36,712 nucleotides of DNA from Clostridia bacterium. GTDB lineage: Bacteria; Bacillota; Clostridia; TANB77; CAG-508. Where the stretch lies: NCBI GenBank assembly GCA_045602745.1, contig JAZSCD010000013.1:1-36712 (forward strand), given 5' to 3'. Position numbers and translations under genes: made by a program. Position 1 is the first letter of the stretch; each line of letters opens with the position of its first letter. The notes beneath the pieces are model-generated. The model was not told the DNA's origin. It did no database searches and saw nothing but the letters and a program-made list of their open reading frames with translations. Of this stretch, positions 20,501-28,209 are shown piece after piece.

Positions 20501-22000
20501 ATCCAACAAATAATTAGCTAATTTATTTGCTCTTTCATTTAACTCTCTATATGTTAATTGCTCATTTTCAAAAATAACAGCAACATTATCAGGTGCTTTT
20601 TCTACTTGTTCTTCAAAAAGCTGTGTGATTGTTTTATCTTTTGGATAATCTGCTTTTGTATCATTAAAATCATATAATATTTTTCTTTTTTCATCAGGTG
20701 TAACTATTTCTATTTCGTTTAATTTAATTTCTTTATTTTCTAGAATTTGATTAATTATATGCAAAATTCTAGCATGAATAGAGCAAATATCATCAATAGT
20801 ATATTTGCTGATTAAATAATCATATGCAATATTTATATTTCCAGTATCATTTACATCAAAAAGATGTATATCTATATCATCAGAAATATTGTTGTTTTCA
20901 ACCCATCTAGAAGTATATGGAACTTTAACAGTTTCACTACTAGTTTTTGAGTTTTGATAAGAAATTAATACATTATATAAATTTGGAGTACTATTATTTT
21001 TAACTCTTAAATCTTCTAATAAATATTGATATGGATATTTTTGATGTCTAAACACTTTCAAAAAGTCTGTTGAGATTTTAGAAATAAAATCACCAAATAT
21101 TTCATTATGATTTAAAGATACTTTAAATGGAATAGTACTTATAAACATACCAGGTGTTTTCTTTTCTTTAAAATTTCCTCTGTTTAGAATAGGAGTTCCA
21201 ATAACAAATTCATCTAAACCTGAAACTCTAGATAAATACACAGAAAATACACCCATAAAGAAATTAAAAATAGATGATTTTTTTGTTTTACAAAATTCAT
21301 TTATTAGAGTTATAGTTTCTTTTGGAATAGTAAACATCTTTCTTTTGGATTTACAGCTTATTTCCTTAGTTTCTTGTTTCATACTAGGAAATGTTGCTAC
21401 TTCTGGAATCGTTTCAAACATTTCATTCCAAAAAGCTTTATCTTTATTAAATTTTTCACTATTTAAATATTCATTTTCAGAATGAATATAGTCTATATAT
21501 GAAGGTTGTTCATTTGGAATTTCTTGATTAGTAATTAAAGATTCATAATTTCCCATTATTTGATTACAAATAATACCTGTTGTCCAAGCATCAAAAATTA
21601 AATGATGTGCATTTATTATAAAGCCACCATGTCCATCTGGGAATTTAAATAATTTGAAATCAAAAAGAAAGCTATCTAATGTGTTAAAAGGAATATCACA
21701 TACCTTTCTTTCCAAAGATTTTAAATCTTTATCAGTTTCAACTGATATTAATTCTATATTAAATTCAGTAAAATTATCTACATACTGCATAGCAGTACTA
21801 TCTTTTACTGTGAATTTTAATCTAAAATTATCATTATTTTTTACAGTAAGATTTATTGATTTTTCTAAAGCCTCAAAATCTACTTTTTGTGAAACGATTA
21901 CAGTACCTGTAATATTTTCGATCGACGTCCCTTTATAAAATTGCTCTGTTAGCCATATTGATTTTTGGGGATTCGTTAAAGCGTACATGTTTTTTGACAT
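14558..22000 (-). CDS. Bimodular non-ribosomal peptide synthetase, C-A-T-C-A-T-R (2480 aa)
   Basis: Start set at ATG 22000 (RBS GAGGGTGA). Motifs: C1 HHLIFDAWT (aa 132-140); A1 LTYRELN, FTSGSTGKPKG, NHYGPAE, NGKIDRKKL; T1 GGDSLTA (Ser996 = nt 19013-19015); C2 HHIIVDGVS (aa 1178-1186); A2 LTYKELN, YTSGSTGKPKG, NIYGPSE, NRKIDRKAL; T2 GGDSVAA (Ser2030 = nt 15911-15913); R domain GATGYLGAHIL plus YSTTK. Approximate nt spans: C1 20711-21988, A1 19151-20638, T1 18911-19117, C2 17576-18853, A2 16061-17533, T2 15806-16018, R 14561-15703. Confidence 0.95.
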   Translation of the reverse strand: MSKNMYALTNPQKSIWLTEQFYKGTSIENITGTVIVSQKVDFEALEKSINLTVKNNDNFRLKFTVKDSTAMQYVDNFTEFNIELISVETDKDLKSLERKVCDIPFNTLDSFLFDFKLFKFPDGHGGFIINAHHLIFDAWTTGIICNQIMGNYESLITNQEIPNEQPSYIDYIHSENEYLNSEKFNKDKAFWNEMFETIPEVATFPSMKQETKEISCKSKRKMFTIPKETITLINEFCKTKKSSIFNFFMGVFSVYLSRVSGLDEFVIGTPILNRGNFKEKKTPGMFISTIPFKVSLNHNEIFGDFISKISTDFLKVFRHQKYPYQYLLEDLRVKNNSTPNLYNVLISYQNSKTSSETVKVPYTSRWVENNNISDDIDIHLFDVNDTGNINIAYDYLISKYTIDDICSIHARILHIINQILENKEIKLNEIEIVTPDEKRKILYDFNDTKADYPKDKTITQLFEEQVEKAPDNVAVIFENEQLTYRELNERANKLANYLLDNGINSKTNVGILTSRSFDSIIGILAILKLNCTYVPIDPTYPIDRIEYMISSSSINYILGNEDMSVLKNINCDISLINIAINNYNSFSSKFNIKQDFNPNSNLYIIFTSGSTGKPKGVTITHKNMINLVIFEKNKTGLLDNAHSILQFATMSFDVSYQEIYSALLNGLALVLIKDDIRKNIQTLSEYIDKHSIDTLFIPPAYLKLLADNDKAVELLINNVKNIITAGEKLVLTNGIRTLLSNNIKIHNHYGPAETHVATTFVVESSISDAEPPIGKPISNSRVYILDARNNLLPNNIVGQLAISGDCVGNGYINNPTYNKEKFITDPFFNDSSMYLTGDLGYIDNNGQIHFLGRNDFQVKVNGFRIELEEIETVLHSYPNITNCIVITHKDLAHTYIIAYYLSKNDIDESALRNYLRAKLPQYMIPHYLVRLEQMPYNVNGKIDRKKLPMPNFEARSKEILLPRNSMDELLINLLKDLLEIENISIDDSFFELGGDSLTAINLCTMIYSKFSVQLFVKDVLENPVIKDLSDLIANSENIINNIKLTKADKQIYYPLSSAQKRTYYSSKKVSENNLVYNISGALLVDKLLDIGKIKNAFSKILELHSSFRTRFVLNGEELVQEVLDIKDINIDVFNGHEKDINKIINEFPRPFDLSKAPLLRVSVCALDNKKTLILLDSHHIIVDGVSLNILMRDFCKLYNDEELQESDFNYIDYSIWENNYINSEEIKEYDKYWSSVCSNTDIPVLNLPYDYPATNSKSYNGDKISYAMQKEIFEKLQDLAKSLNVSEYTLFLTALYVVLYKYTSQTDLIVASPFAGRNFEEISDVIGMFVNNIVLRKNIEINSSISDLLKSVQDTVTASLSNQPYPYELVAKKLNNNPSLLDIVLTYQNTKKDEYKIDDATLELITADTKTSKFNIWMEIVPDICTFNLEYNSDLFKRETIESFLNHYMFILNQMLENIDTTVEDLEILTKDEIAILDKFNNTDGPINDDTVVSIFEEQVKNHPNDIAIICEDKTLTYKELNKKANSLAHHLIEKGIKSNDIVCIMTNRSFETIVCMMGILKAGAAFFNVDPTYPIERTKYYLEDSKTRYVLTQKELKDRVESIENCIEIDLNIDEIYGKNFNNPNIKIDKQNLSYLIYTSGSTGKPKGTMLNHVGFANMVKAMTLVLDYLKEGNKHCIASVTSTPFDIFVYEIIVSLTHGLKIAMANNAEHRNPKLLDALIKKCNVDVMTVTPSLMKINYDNREPDTALARVKNMVFGGEPLPEKFVQDLRALADDITIYNIYGPSEITILSNVQNLDGETEITTGPPIMNTQIHILDKNMKRVPVGVVGEIYISGIQVGLGYIGKPELTAEKFLRNPFGEGKMYKSGDIGRWTFDGKVQCLGRIDHQIKLRGLRIELGEIENVMLNIEGVTSAVVNKIEIDGNEFLCGYYAANNVEENLIRDTLRKALPPYMVPTYFVKLKQMPYTINRKIDRKALPMPEPNKPVVNSKVNIEELNSNEEKLLQIWKNILKIEDISITDNFFDIGGDSVAAISMQIEAVKYGLDFEYSDIFTHPTIKELSEKSNRSDEEFIKNYDYNKLKEVLSRNTIDNLKTIKKAKIKNVLLIGATGYLGAHILDAFMKNNKGTIYCLVRPKNSINIDKRLKDTLKFYFGDKYKKEFSNRIKVIHGDIVEENLGLSSKDYTMLSENIDAVINSGALVKHFGIKKKFEEINVNGTQNVIDFCKKTKKRLLHISTISISGNGEKEETIVETSENINKKKIFRETNIYVGQDIKGVYSTTKFRAELLVLESILNGLDAQILRMGNITNRYSDGVFQMNADENAFAKRIKSFIEINAFPKYLLPHSIELTPVDLATDAIMKILNHKSKCNVFHIYNTKLLPIKLLMDTLNNDLSLELLAVNDVMMKDILTGILADNDRKDILSGIIYDLDENKNLIYTSNVRLICNFTEKYLNKLGFKWKKIDKEYIIRYIDYLRKINFI

Positions 22001-22086
22001 ATAATCACCCTCGCTATTTGCAAATTTTATATATTTAATATATCTAATATATCGTAAAATAATTGATAAATCAATAATTCTTCTAT

Positions 22087-22116
22087 ATTGTAACATAAAA
22101 TATAAATTTCTGTAAA
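22087..22116 (-). promoter_or_regulatory. Candidate promoter of the NRPS-kinase operon
   Basis: On the minus strand: TTTACA (22116-22111), 18-nt spacer, TACAAT (22092-22087). This gives a leader of about 80 nt containing the palindrome ATTGAT-tt-ATCAAT. Confidence 0.4.
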
Positions 22117-22177
22117 CAGTTTGATAGAAAGTTATAAAAATAGACAATTTTCGACAATTATGCAAATTTTACAAATC

Positions 22178-22248
22178 GTAGGAGTCGATGCCCACATCGA
22201 CCCGAAAAAACAGATTGATTTCGGGCTGATGTGGGCATCGGTCCCTAT
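22178..22248. repeat. REP-like inverted doublet (second sequence subtype)
   Basis: GTAGGAGTCGATGcccaCATCGACCCG (22178-22204) and, inverted, cgggctgatgtgggcatcggtccctat (22222-22248). About 21/27 identity between arms. 17-bp A-rich spacer. Confidence 0.75.
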
Positions 22249-22337
22249 AACATTTGTAATAAAATTAATTATAAAAAACACGGATTTTCTATGACTAAAA
22301 TAACAAAAAAAGGAAAGTATAATATAGAGGTGGAAAG

Positions 22338-23474
22338 ATGTACGAATACAAAAAAAGGGAAAGCAAATTCAAGAAAGCTATTGGTTTAATTATATTAATG
22401 CTAATTGTTGCATCTGTTAGTATATTTATATACGATATGTATGTAAATATAGATGTGTATTCAAGTGAACAACAAAATCAAAATTCAGGAGCAACTAGAG
22501 TTTCGTATACTCAAGATGTAAAAACAAATTCAAATGATGGTATTACTAACATATTGGAAAACACTATAAAATGTGTAGTTGGTATTTCAAAGATAAAAAA
22601 TACAGGTAATTCAATATTTTTAAACAATAGTACAGAAGCCCTAGGACTTGGAACTGGAATAATAGTTTCAGAGAATGGATATATTTTAACAAATTGGCAT
22701 GTTGCAGGAGATAAATATAGCAGATGCTATATTACACTTGAAAATGGTAAGACTAATGATGGAAATGTAGTATGGGCAGATAAAGATTTGGATTTAGCTA
22801 TTGTTAAAATAAATGGAACTGGATTAAATTGTATAACATTAGGAGATTCAGATGGTATAAAAATTGGACAAAATGCTTATGCAATAGGAAATCCAATTGG
22901 TGTTGAATTTCAAAGAACAGTAACATCAGGTATTATAAGTGGAATTAATAGAACAATAAAAATAGATGAAGAAAATACTTGGGCATATATGGAAGACTTA
23001 ATTCAAACAGATGCAACGATAAATCCAGGAAATAGCGGTGGGCCGCTTATTAATTCAAATGGAGAAGTAATTGGAATTAATACTGTGAAAATAACAGAAG
23101 CAGAAGGTATAGGTTTTGCTGTTCCAATTAATATAGTAAAACCAATAATAGAAAGTTTTAAAAAGAACGGAGAGTTTAATGAGGCATATCTTGGGATTTT
23201 TGCTTATGATAAAAATGTGATTCCATATTTAGATTCAAGTATAGATTTTAATTCAGGAATATATGTAGCACAAATTTCAGCAGATGGACCAAGTTATAAT
23301 TCAAGATTAAGAACAGGAGATATAATAACTAAAATTGATGAGATAGCTATAAATAAAATGAGTGAACTAAGAACATATATATATACTAAAAAAATAGGAG
23401 ATCAAGTAAATCTTACAATATTAAGAAATAATAGGGAGAAAGTTATAAGTATAAAACTGGGAAGAAAAAGTTAA
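22338..23474 (+). CDS. htrA: HtrA/DegP-family serine protease (S1C) with TM anchor and PDZ domain
   Basis: Catalytic triad contexts TNWHV, DLDLAIVKI and GNSGGPL. C-terminal PDZ-like region GDIITKIDE. RBS GAGGTGG. Confidence 0.9.
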   Translation: MYEYKKRESKFKKAIGLIILMLIVASVSIFIYDMYVNIDVYSSEQQNQNSGATRVSYTQDVKTNSNDGITNILENTIKCVVGISKIKNTGNSIFLNNSTEALGLGTGIIVSENGYILTNWHVAGDKYSRCYITLENGKTNDGNVVWADKDLDLAIVKINGTGLNCITLGDSDGIKIGQNAYAIGNPIGVEFQRTVTSGIISGINRTIKIDEENTWAYMEDLIQTDATINPGNSGGPLINSNGEVIGINTVKITEAEGIGFAVPINIVKPIIESFKKNGEFNEAYLGIFAYDKNVIPYLDSSIDFNSGIYVAQISADGPSYNSRLRTGDIITKIDEIAINKMSELRTYIYTKKIGDQVNLTILRNNREKVISIKLGRKS

Positions 23475-23540
23475 TATTTTTATTGCCAACAATTTACTCT
23501 AATGATAGAATTACATTAAGATTTAAAAGGAGGAGTAAAT

Positions 23541-23924
23541 ATGAAAGATAAAAATACAGTATTTTATAAATGCCCAATATGCGAAAACCTTATAGGTTTA
23601 ATAGATGGAGATATTAATCACATGATGTGTTGTGGAAGAAAAATGGAATTATTAGTAGCAAATAGTGAAGATGCAGCAACAGAAAAACATGTTCCAGTTT
23701 ATGAAAAAGTTGAAGATGAAATAGTAGTAAGAGTTGGAGAAGTAGATCACCCAATGGATAAAGACCATTATATAATGTGGATTGCACAAGTCAGTGATAA
23801 TCAAACAACAAGAGTAAGATTATATCCAGAACAAGGAATTGCAGTAAGATTTAAATATATACCAGGTTCAATATTATATGCATATTGCAATAAACATGGA
23901 CTTTGGAAAGCTGATGTGAAATAG
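23541..23924 (+). CDS. dfx: Desulfoferrodoxin (2Fe superoxide reductase)
   Basis: N-terminal desulforedoxin-like CPICEN...CCG. Centre II motifs EKHVPV, HPM and the C-terminal C-N-K-H-G. 127 aa. RBS AGGAGGAG. Confidence 0.9.
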   Translation: MKDKNTVFYKCPICENLIGLIDGDINHMMCCGRKMELLVANSEDAATEKHVPVYEKVEDEIVVRVGEVDHPMDKDHYIMWIAQVSDNQTTRVRLYPEQGIAVRFKYIPGSILYAYCNKHGLWKADVK

Positions 23925-23951
23925 GATTTTGGGGACTGCCCCCAAAATCCT
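23923..23951. terminator. Bidirectional 12-bp-stem hairpin between convergent dfx and the peptidase gene
   Basis: aggattttgggg-actgc-ccccaaaatcct. There is no clean T-run, and it abuts the stop codon of the minus-strand gene. Confidence 0.55.
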
Positions 23952-23952
23952 A

Positions 23953-25227
23953 TTAAAGTATTGCCCCTAAAACCAAAATTCCCAAATTATCATTATAAAT
24001 TTCGTTAAATTGACTAATTGGAAGCGGGCTTCTGCCAATTCCTGCTTCTATTGTAAACCCGGGGCGCCTGTATTCTTGTAAAAACCAGTCTTTGTACCCT
24101 GCAAAACTAGATTCAAAAGGAACATCAGCTAATTTATATCCACTAACATTTGCAAAAGTTTGACCAATTGATTCTGCTTCTAGAGGAGCATAATTTTGAA
24201 ATTGCCAATAAATTTCTTGACCTTGTGTATGATAAGCAAGGATTAATCTAAAATTATGGAAAAGTGTAAAATTATATAAAGCAAGAGATTCAGGTTCGGT
24301 AAGAGGACCAAAACCTACAAAATCACGAGGTGCAGGGGTTTTAAATCCTTGAGAAAATTTTATTTCTCTCGCCTCATCCCAACCTGCAGGAAACTGCAGA
24401 TTTAAATCTACACCTCTAATGTTTGCTTTCCATCCATTTGGGAAAGAAATAGAAGGATAATTATTTGCAATTGCTTTAGCTTGATTATAAATTGTAGTCT
24501 CAGGCTTAATTTGACCTGTAACTAAATTAACACCATCTGGATTGCACATAGGAACAATATAAATAGAAGTGCTATTAAATAGCTCTCTTGCTCTGTAACT
24601 ATAAATAGTAGTATTATTAACATATGCTAAACAAAACTCTTCAATAAATTTCATAAGTAGAGGAGAAGTAATCCATTCATTTGCATGAATTGATGCACTA
24701 TAAAAAACTTCTGTATTTCCAGATCCTATTCTAATATATGGAATAGAGTTATTAAGAACACTATTACCAATTAAGCCAATTTCCAAAAACGGATATATTC
24801 TAGAAAGAGCATTAATGTTTAATTCTAAAATATCTGAACTATAACTTATATTAGTAGGAACAATATTTCCAAATGGCACAATAATTGTTTGACCAATTTG
24901 CAAATTGTTTGCATTAATGTTAGGGTTAGCAAAAATAATTCTAGATACAGTAGTATTAAAATTTCTTGCAATACTATTTAAAGTATCGTTTTCTTTAATT
25001 GTATATGCAGTTCTTCCGTTTATATATGGGAAAAGTGCGTCCCAAGTTGAAGGACCTACAATACCATCAGGAGTTAATCCAAAATTCCTTTGAAATCTAA
25101 TTACAGAGTTTTCCGTTAATTGTCCAAAATTTCCATCTATAATTCCAGAATAAAAACCTAATTTCATTAATGTACTTTGTAAAAGCTCCACCATTGGACC
25201 TGTTGAACCAAAACGTAATGTTTCCAT
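23953..25227 (-). CDS. PG_binding_1 + LysM + M14 metallopeptidase (gamma-D-glutamyl-meso-diaminopimelate peptidase, ENP1/YqgT-like)
   Basis: N-terminal [20 protein letters not shown]...DGNFG (PG-binding). Lys[21 protein letters not shown]14 zinc motif HANEWIT. No signal peptide. Confidence 0.8.
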   Translation of the reverse strand: METLRFGSTGPMVELLQSTLMKLGFYSGIIDGNFGQLTENSVIRFQRNFGLTPDGIVGPSTWDALFPYINGRTAYTIKENDTLNSIARNFNTTVSRIIFANPNINANNLQIGQTIIVPFGNIVPTNISYSSDILELNINALSRIYPFLEIGLIGNSVLNNSIPYIRIGSGNTEVFYSASIHANEWITSPLLMKFIEEFCLAYVNNTTIYSYRARELFNSTSIYIVPMCNPDGVNLVTGQIKPETTIYNQAKAIANNYPSISFPNGWKANIRGVDLNLQFPAGWDEAREIKFSQGFKTPAPRDFVGFGPLTEPESLALYNFTLFHNFRLILAYHTQGQEIYWQFQNYAPLEAESIGQTFANVSGYKLADVPFESSFAGYKDWFLQEYRRPGFTIEAGIGRSPLPISQFNEIYNDNLGILVLGAIL

Positions 25228-25284
25228 ATAATCACCTATAATAATATATTAATATTAATTAGTTTTTGTGAATTTTAGGAAATA

Positions 25285-25316
25285 TAAAAAATCCCAAATA
25301 AATTTAGGGATTTTTT
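25285..25316. terminator. Bidirectional terminator downstream of the opine-dehydrogenase gene
   Basis: aaaaaatccc-aaataaattta-gggatttttt. Confidence 0.65.
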
Positions 25317-25337
25317 GATGATTGTTTATAAAATATT

Positions 25338-26408
25338 TTAAAAAGTTTTATCATTTAATATTTTATCTATATTATCTTTTCCAAGCTTTTCTGGTGTTCT
25401 ACCATTTTCACGCATATCTCTTCCAAGAGCAGCAGATGCTATTTCTATTAAAGAGGTACATATTGGAGTTTTTACATTAAGTTTTTTTCCAAGTGATTCT
25501 AGCATAACTAATCCTTGAGGAACATCCTCTGAAATATAACGAGAATCAACAACTATTGGACCTTTTGCTCTAGTAGGCATTGCAGCATACCAAAAGAATA
25601 CTTCTTTTGCATCTCTTGTATCATCTAATGAATTTCTAAATTTACATGCTTCAACATATGGTAGACGATCAAAACCAAGTTTTTCAAGAACATCCATTTT
25701 TTCTGCATCAAGTTTTTCTAAAATATTCCATGTACTAGGAGTAAAAACTTCGTGATACATGCAGTAATCTCCATTAGTTTTTTCAATTCTAGGAATACTC
25801 ATAATTGCTCCAACTGTATGAACAATAAGATTAGGATTGTGCAGAGCTGCTTCAACAACACTTGAAAGATAAGTGAATGGAAAACCAAGACCATTTAATT
25901 TATTAATAGCTTCTTCACGTCTATTACATGGATATATACCAATAGGATTACGAACATTTCTGAAACCAACTTTGATTACTCCTGGTTCAGAAATTCTACA
26001 ATCAATAAATGAACTTTGAGCTTCTGCAACAATAATTTTTTTGTTGCAATGCTTTAAAACATAGGCAGTAGAAAGATAGCCTGGATTTATTAGAAGAATT
26101 TGGTTATCTTGTAGATATGGTGATATTTTTTGAATTAATTCTTCATGATAATTAGTTTGTATGTATATAATTACAACTTCTGCTTCAGATAATAAAGATA
26201 AATCTCTTGTAACACGGTAAATATTAGAAGTTTTTACTTCACCTGATTCGTGTAAAGATATTTTTCCGTTGTTTTGGGCTAGATAATTAAAATTTTCATC
26301 ATGCATAGCATTAGAAGTCTTTATTAAAGTAACTTCATGATTTCTATAAGATAAATCTCCTGCAACAGCGCATCCGGCATTACCAGCACCTAATATAGCA
26401 ATTTTCAT
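25338..26408 (-). CDS. NAD(P)-dependent octopine/nopaline (opine) dehydrogenase-family protein
   Basis: Rossmann start MKIAILGAGNAGCAVAGDLS. Length (356 aa) and the central/C-terminal region are typical of the opine DH family. Its ATG overlaps the stop of the upstream ATP-grasp gene (ATGA at 26405-26408). Confidence 0.75.
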   Translation of the reverse strand: MKIAILGAGNAGCAVAGDLSYRNHEVTLIKTSNAMHDENFNYLAQNNGKISLHESGEVKTSNIYRVTRDLSLLSEAEVVIIYIQTNYHEELIQKISPYLQDNQILLINPGYLSTAYVLKHCNKKIIVAEAQSSFIDCRISEPGVIKVGFRNVRNPIGIYPCNRREEAINKLNGLGFPFTYLSSVVEAALHNPNLIVHTVGAIMSIPRIEKTNGDYCMYHEVFTPSTWNILEKLDAEKMDVLEKLGFDRLPYVEACKFRNSLDDTRDAKEVFFWYAAMPTRAKGPIVVDSRYISEDVPQGLVMLESLGKKLNVKTPICTSLIEIASAALGRDMRENGRTPEKLGKDNIDKILNDKTF

Positions 26409-27382
26409 TTTATTTTACCCCCTGTAATTTTATTAAATAACTCTTTAGATCCATAAGTTTTACCCATTTGCTGACCTAATATACCAGGTTTATCATTGGC
26501 TTCAATTATTACAATTTCATTATTAGAATTAAGTGTAAAGTCAAATCCAATAATTTTCAAATCTGGTGATTGTTTTGCAGTTTCAACTGCGGTATTTACA
26601 ATTTCGTTCCACTTTGGAATTTTAAATCCTTTAAATTTTACATTTGTATTTGGATGAAATGGTATTTTTTTACCAATAAAATTTAGTGCATCAGTTGATA
26701 CTTCTCCATTTGTAATATCTATAGGAGCGCATAATCCACTGCTAGATAAATTATCTATTATTGATCCGTTGCTTCCAATTCTTAAAAATGCAGCATATAC
26801 TTTTATAACATTATCTAAATTAGATGTAAGAACTCTTATAGTATTAACACTTTGAGGATGTAATGAAGAAAATTCATCACATTGGACAACTAGTTCTTCA
26901 ATAATTCGATTTTCATTTTTTAATTGTTCAAATAATTCATTCAAATTATTTTCATTGGCTTTTACAATACATACACCAGTTCCACCATATCCATCATCAA
27001 TTTTAGAAATAAATGAAGGATGTTTTTTACAGAAAAATTGAAAGTTTTCAAAAGAACTATCATTAGGATATAGCCAATCTCTTCTTAATAAATCATTATA
27101 TTTAGTATTAAATAAATGTTTTTTTCTAAACAAATCATGAAAAGTATCATTATGTAGTTTGTCCCAAATAATTTCTTCGTAGAATGAACCTACAAAAGTT
27201 TTTCTTTGCTTTCTATTTTTGTTATAAAATTCAAAAAAGAAATATTCTTCAGATTTTATTTTATAAAAGCATGAACAAAAATGCATATCAAAAACAAGTG
27301 ATATAAATTTTAAATTTGATAATTTTTTGAAGTGCGTTTGTGCAACTTCTTTCAATGATAAATATTTTTCTTTACTATTCAA
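26405..27382 (-). CDS. ATP-grasp protein (sugar-transfer-associated / alpha-L-glutamate-ligase-like ATPgrasp_ST type)
   Basis: SKIDDGYGGTGVCIV, IIEELVVQ, NTIRVLT and IIGFDFTL...IVIIEANDKPG match the ATP-grasp fold pattern. TTG start with an AGGAGG RBS. Confidence 0.65.
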   Translation of the reverse strand: MNSKEKYLSLKEVAQTHFKKLSNLKFISLVFDMHFCSCFYKIKSEEYFFFEFYNKNRKQRKTFVGSFYEEIIWDKLHNDTFHDLFRKKHLFNTKYNDLLRRDWLYPNDSSFENFQFFCKKHPSFISKIDDGYGGTGVCIVKANENNLNELFEQLKNENRIIEELVVQCDEFSSLHPQSVNTIRVLTSNLDNVIKVYAAFLRIGSNGSIIDNLSSSGLCAPIDITNGEVSTDALNFIGKKIPFHPNTNVKFKGFKIPKWNEIVNTAVETAKQSPDLKIIGFDFTLNSNNEIVIIEANDKPGILGQQMGKTYGSKELFNKITGGKIK

Positions 27383-27501
27383 TTTTCTCCTCCTAATAAA
27401 AAAACAAACAAATAACTTATATCATATTTCTACAATATTTGCAATAATAGACAATAATATTAACATTGCAATTTTTATATAATTATATTATTATAAATAA
27501 T

Positions 27502-27526
27502 GTAGGGGCACAGCCTTTGAGGCAGA
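27502..27526 (+). repeat. Degenerate GTAGGGG-headed REP-like relic
   Basis: GTAGGGGCACAGCCtttgaGGCAGAC. It shares the GTAGGGG head but has a poor stem. Confidence 0.3.
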
Positions 27527-27557
27527 CAATATAAAAATATGAAAGGTAATAAAAAAT

Positions 27558-28142
27558 ATGGATAAATTAGAAATATTAAAAAAAGTGGATCACACAATTC
27601 TAGCACAAACTACTAAATGGGAAGATATAAAGGAAATATGTGATGAGGGAATTGAATACAATACAGCATCTGTATGTATACCACCAAGCTATGTAGAACA
27701 AGCAAGAAAATATGTAGGAGACAAACTAAAAATATGCACAGTAATTGGCTTTCCAAATGGATACAATACTACTAATGTAAAAGTTTATGAAGCATTAGAA
27801 GCAATAGAAAAAGGTGCAGATGAAATTGATATGGTTATAAATATCGGATGGCTTAAAGATAAAAAATATGAAGAAATTGAAAATGAAATAAAAGCTATAA
27901 AAACTGTATGCAGAAATAAAATACTAAAAGTTATAATTGAAACATGTTTATTAACAGAAGAAGAAAAAATAAAAATGTGTGAAATAGTAGATAAATCAGG
28001 GGCAGATTATATAAAAACATCAACAGGATTTTCAAGTGGAGGAGCTACATTTGAAGATATAAAATTATTTAAAGAAAGTTTAGAAGGAAGTAAGTTAAAA
28101 ATAAAAGCAGCAGGAGGAGTAAAGTCTTTTGAAGATGCTTGA
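27558..28142 (+). CDS. deoC: Deoxyribose-phosphate aldolase, C-terminally truncated (194 aa vs about 220)
   Basis: VDHTIL, ASVCI, CTVIGFPNG, DMVINIG, KVIIETCLLT and YIKTSTGF (Schiff-base Lys context) are present. The ORF ends at ...AAGGVKSFEDA*, without the usual AGA-x-RIG-x-S segment. Confidence 0.8.
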   Translation: MDKLEILKKVDHTILAQTTKWEDIKEICDEGIEYNTASVCIPPSYVEQARKYVGDKLKICTVIGFPNGYNTTNVKVYEALEAIEKGADEIDMVINIGWLKDKKYEEIENEIKAIKTVCRNKILKVIIETCLLTEEEKIKMCEIVDKSGADYIKTSTGFSSGGATFEDIKLFKESLEGSKLKIKAAGGVKSFEDA

Positions 28143-28209
28143 AGAAACAATAAAATGATGATAAAATATTTATGTTAACACCGATAATGTTTGAAGAGAG
28201 GTAATTTTA

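Noticed and set aside
22001-22165. 55-codon N-terminal extension of the NRPS ORF in the six-frame track (MHNCRKLSIFITFYQ...).
   Set aside because: The extension is AT-rich and low-complexity, has no RBS, and overlaps the promoter candidate. The internal ATG at 22000 has a GAGGGTGA RBS, and the C domain starts right after it.
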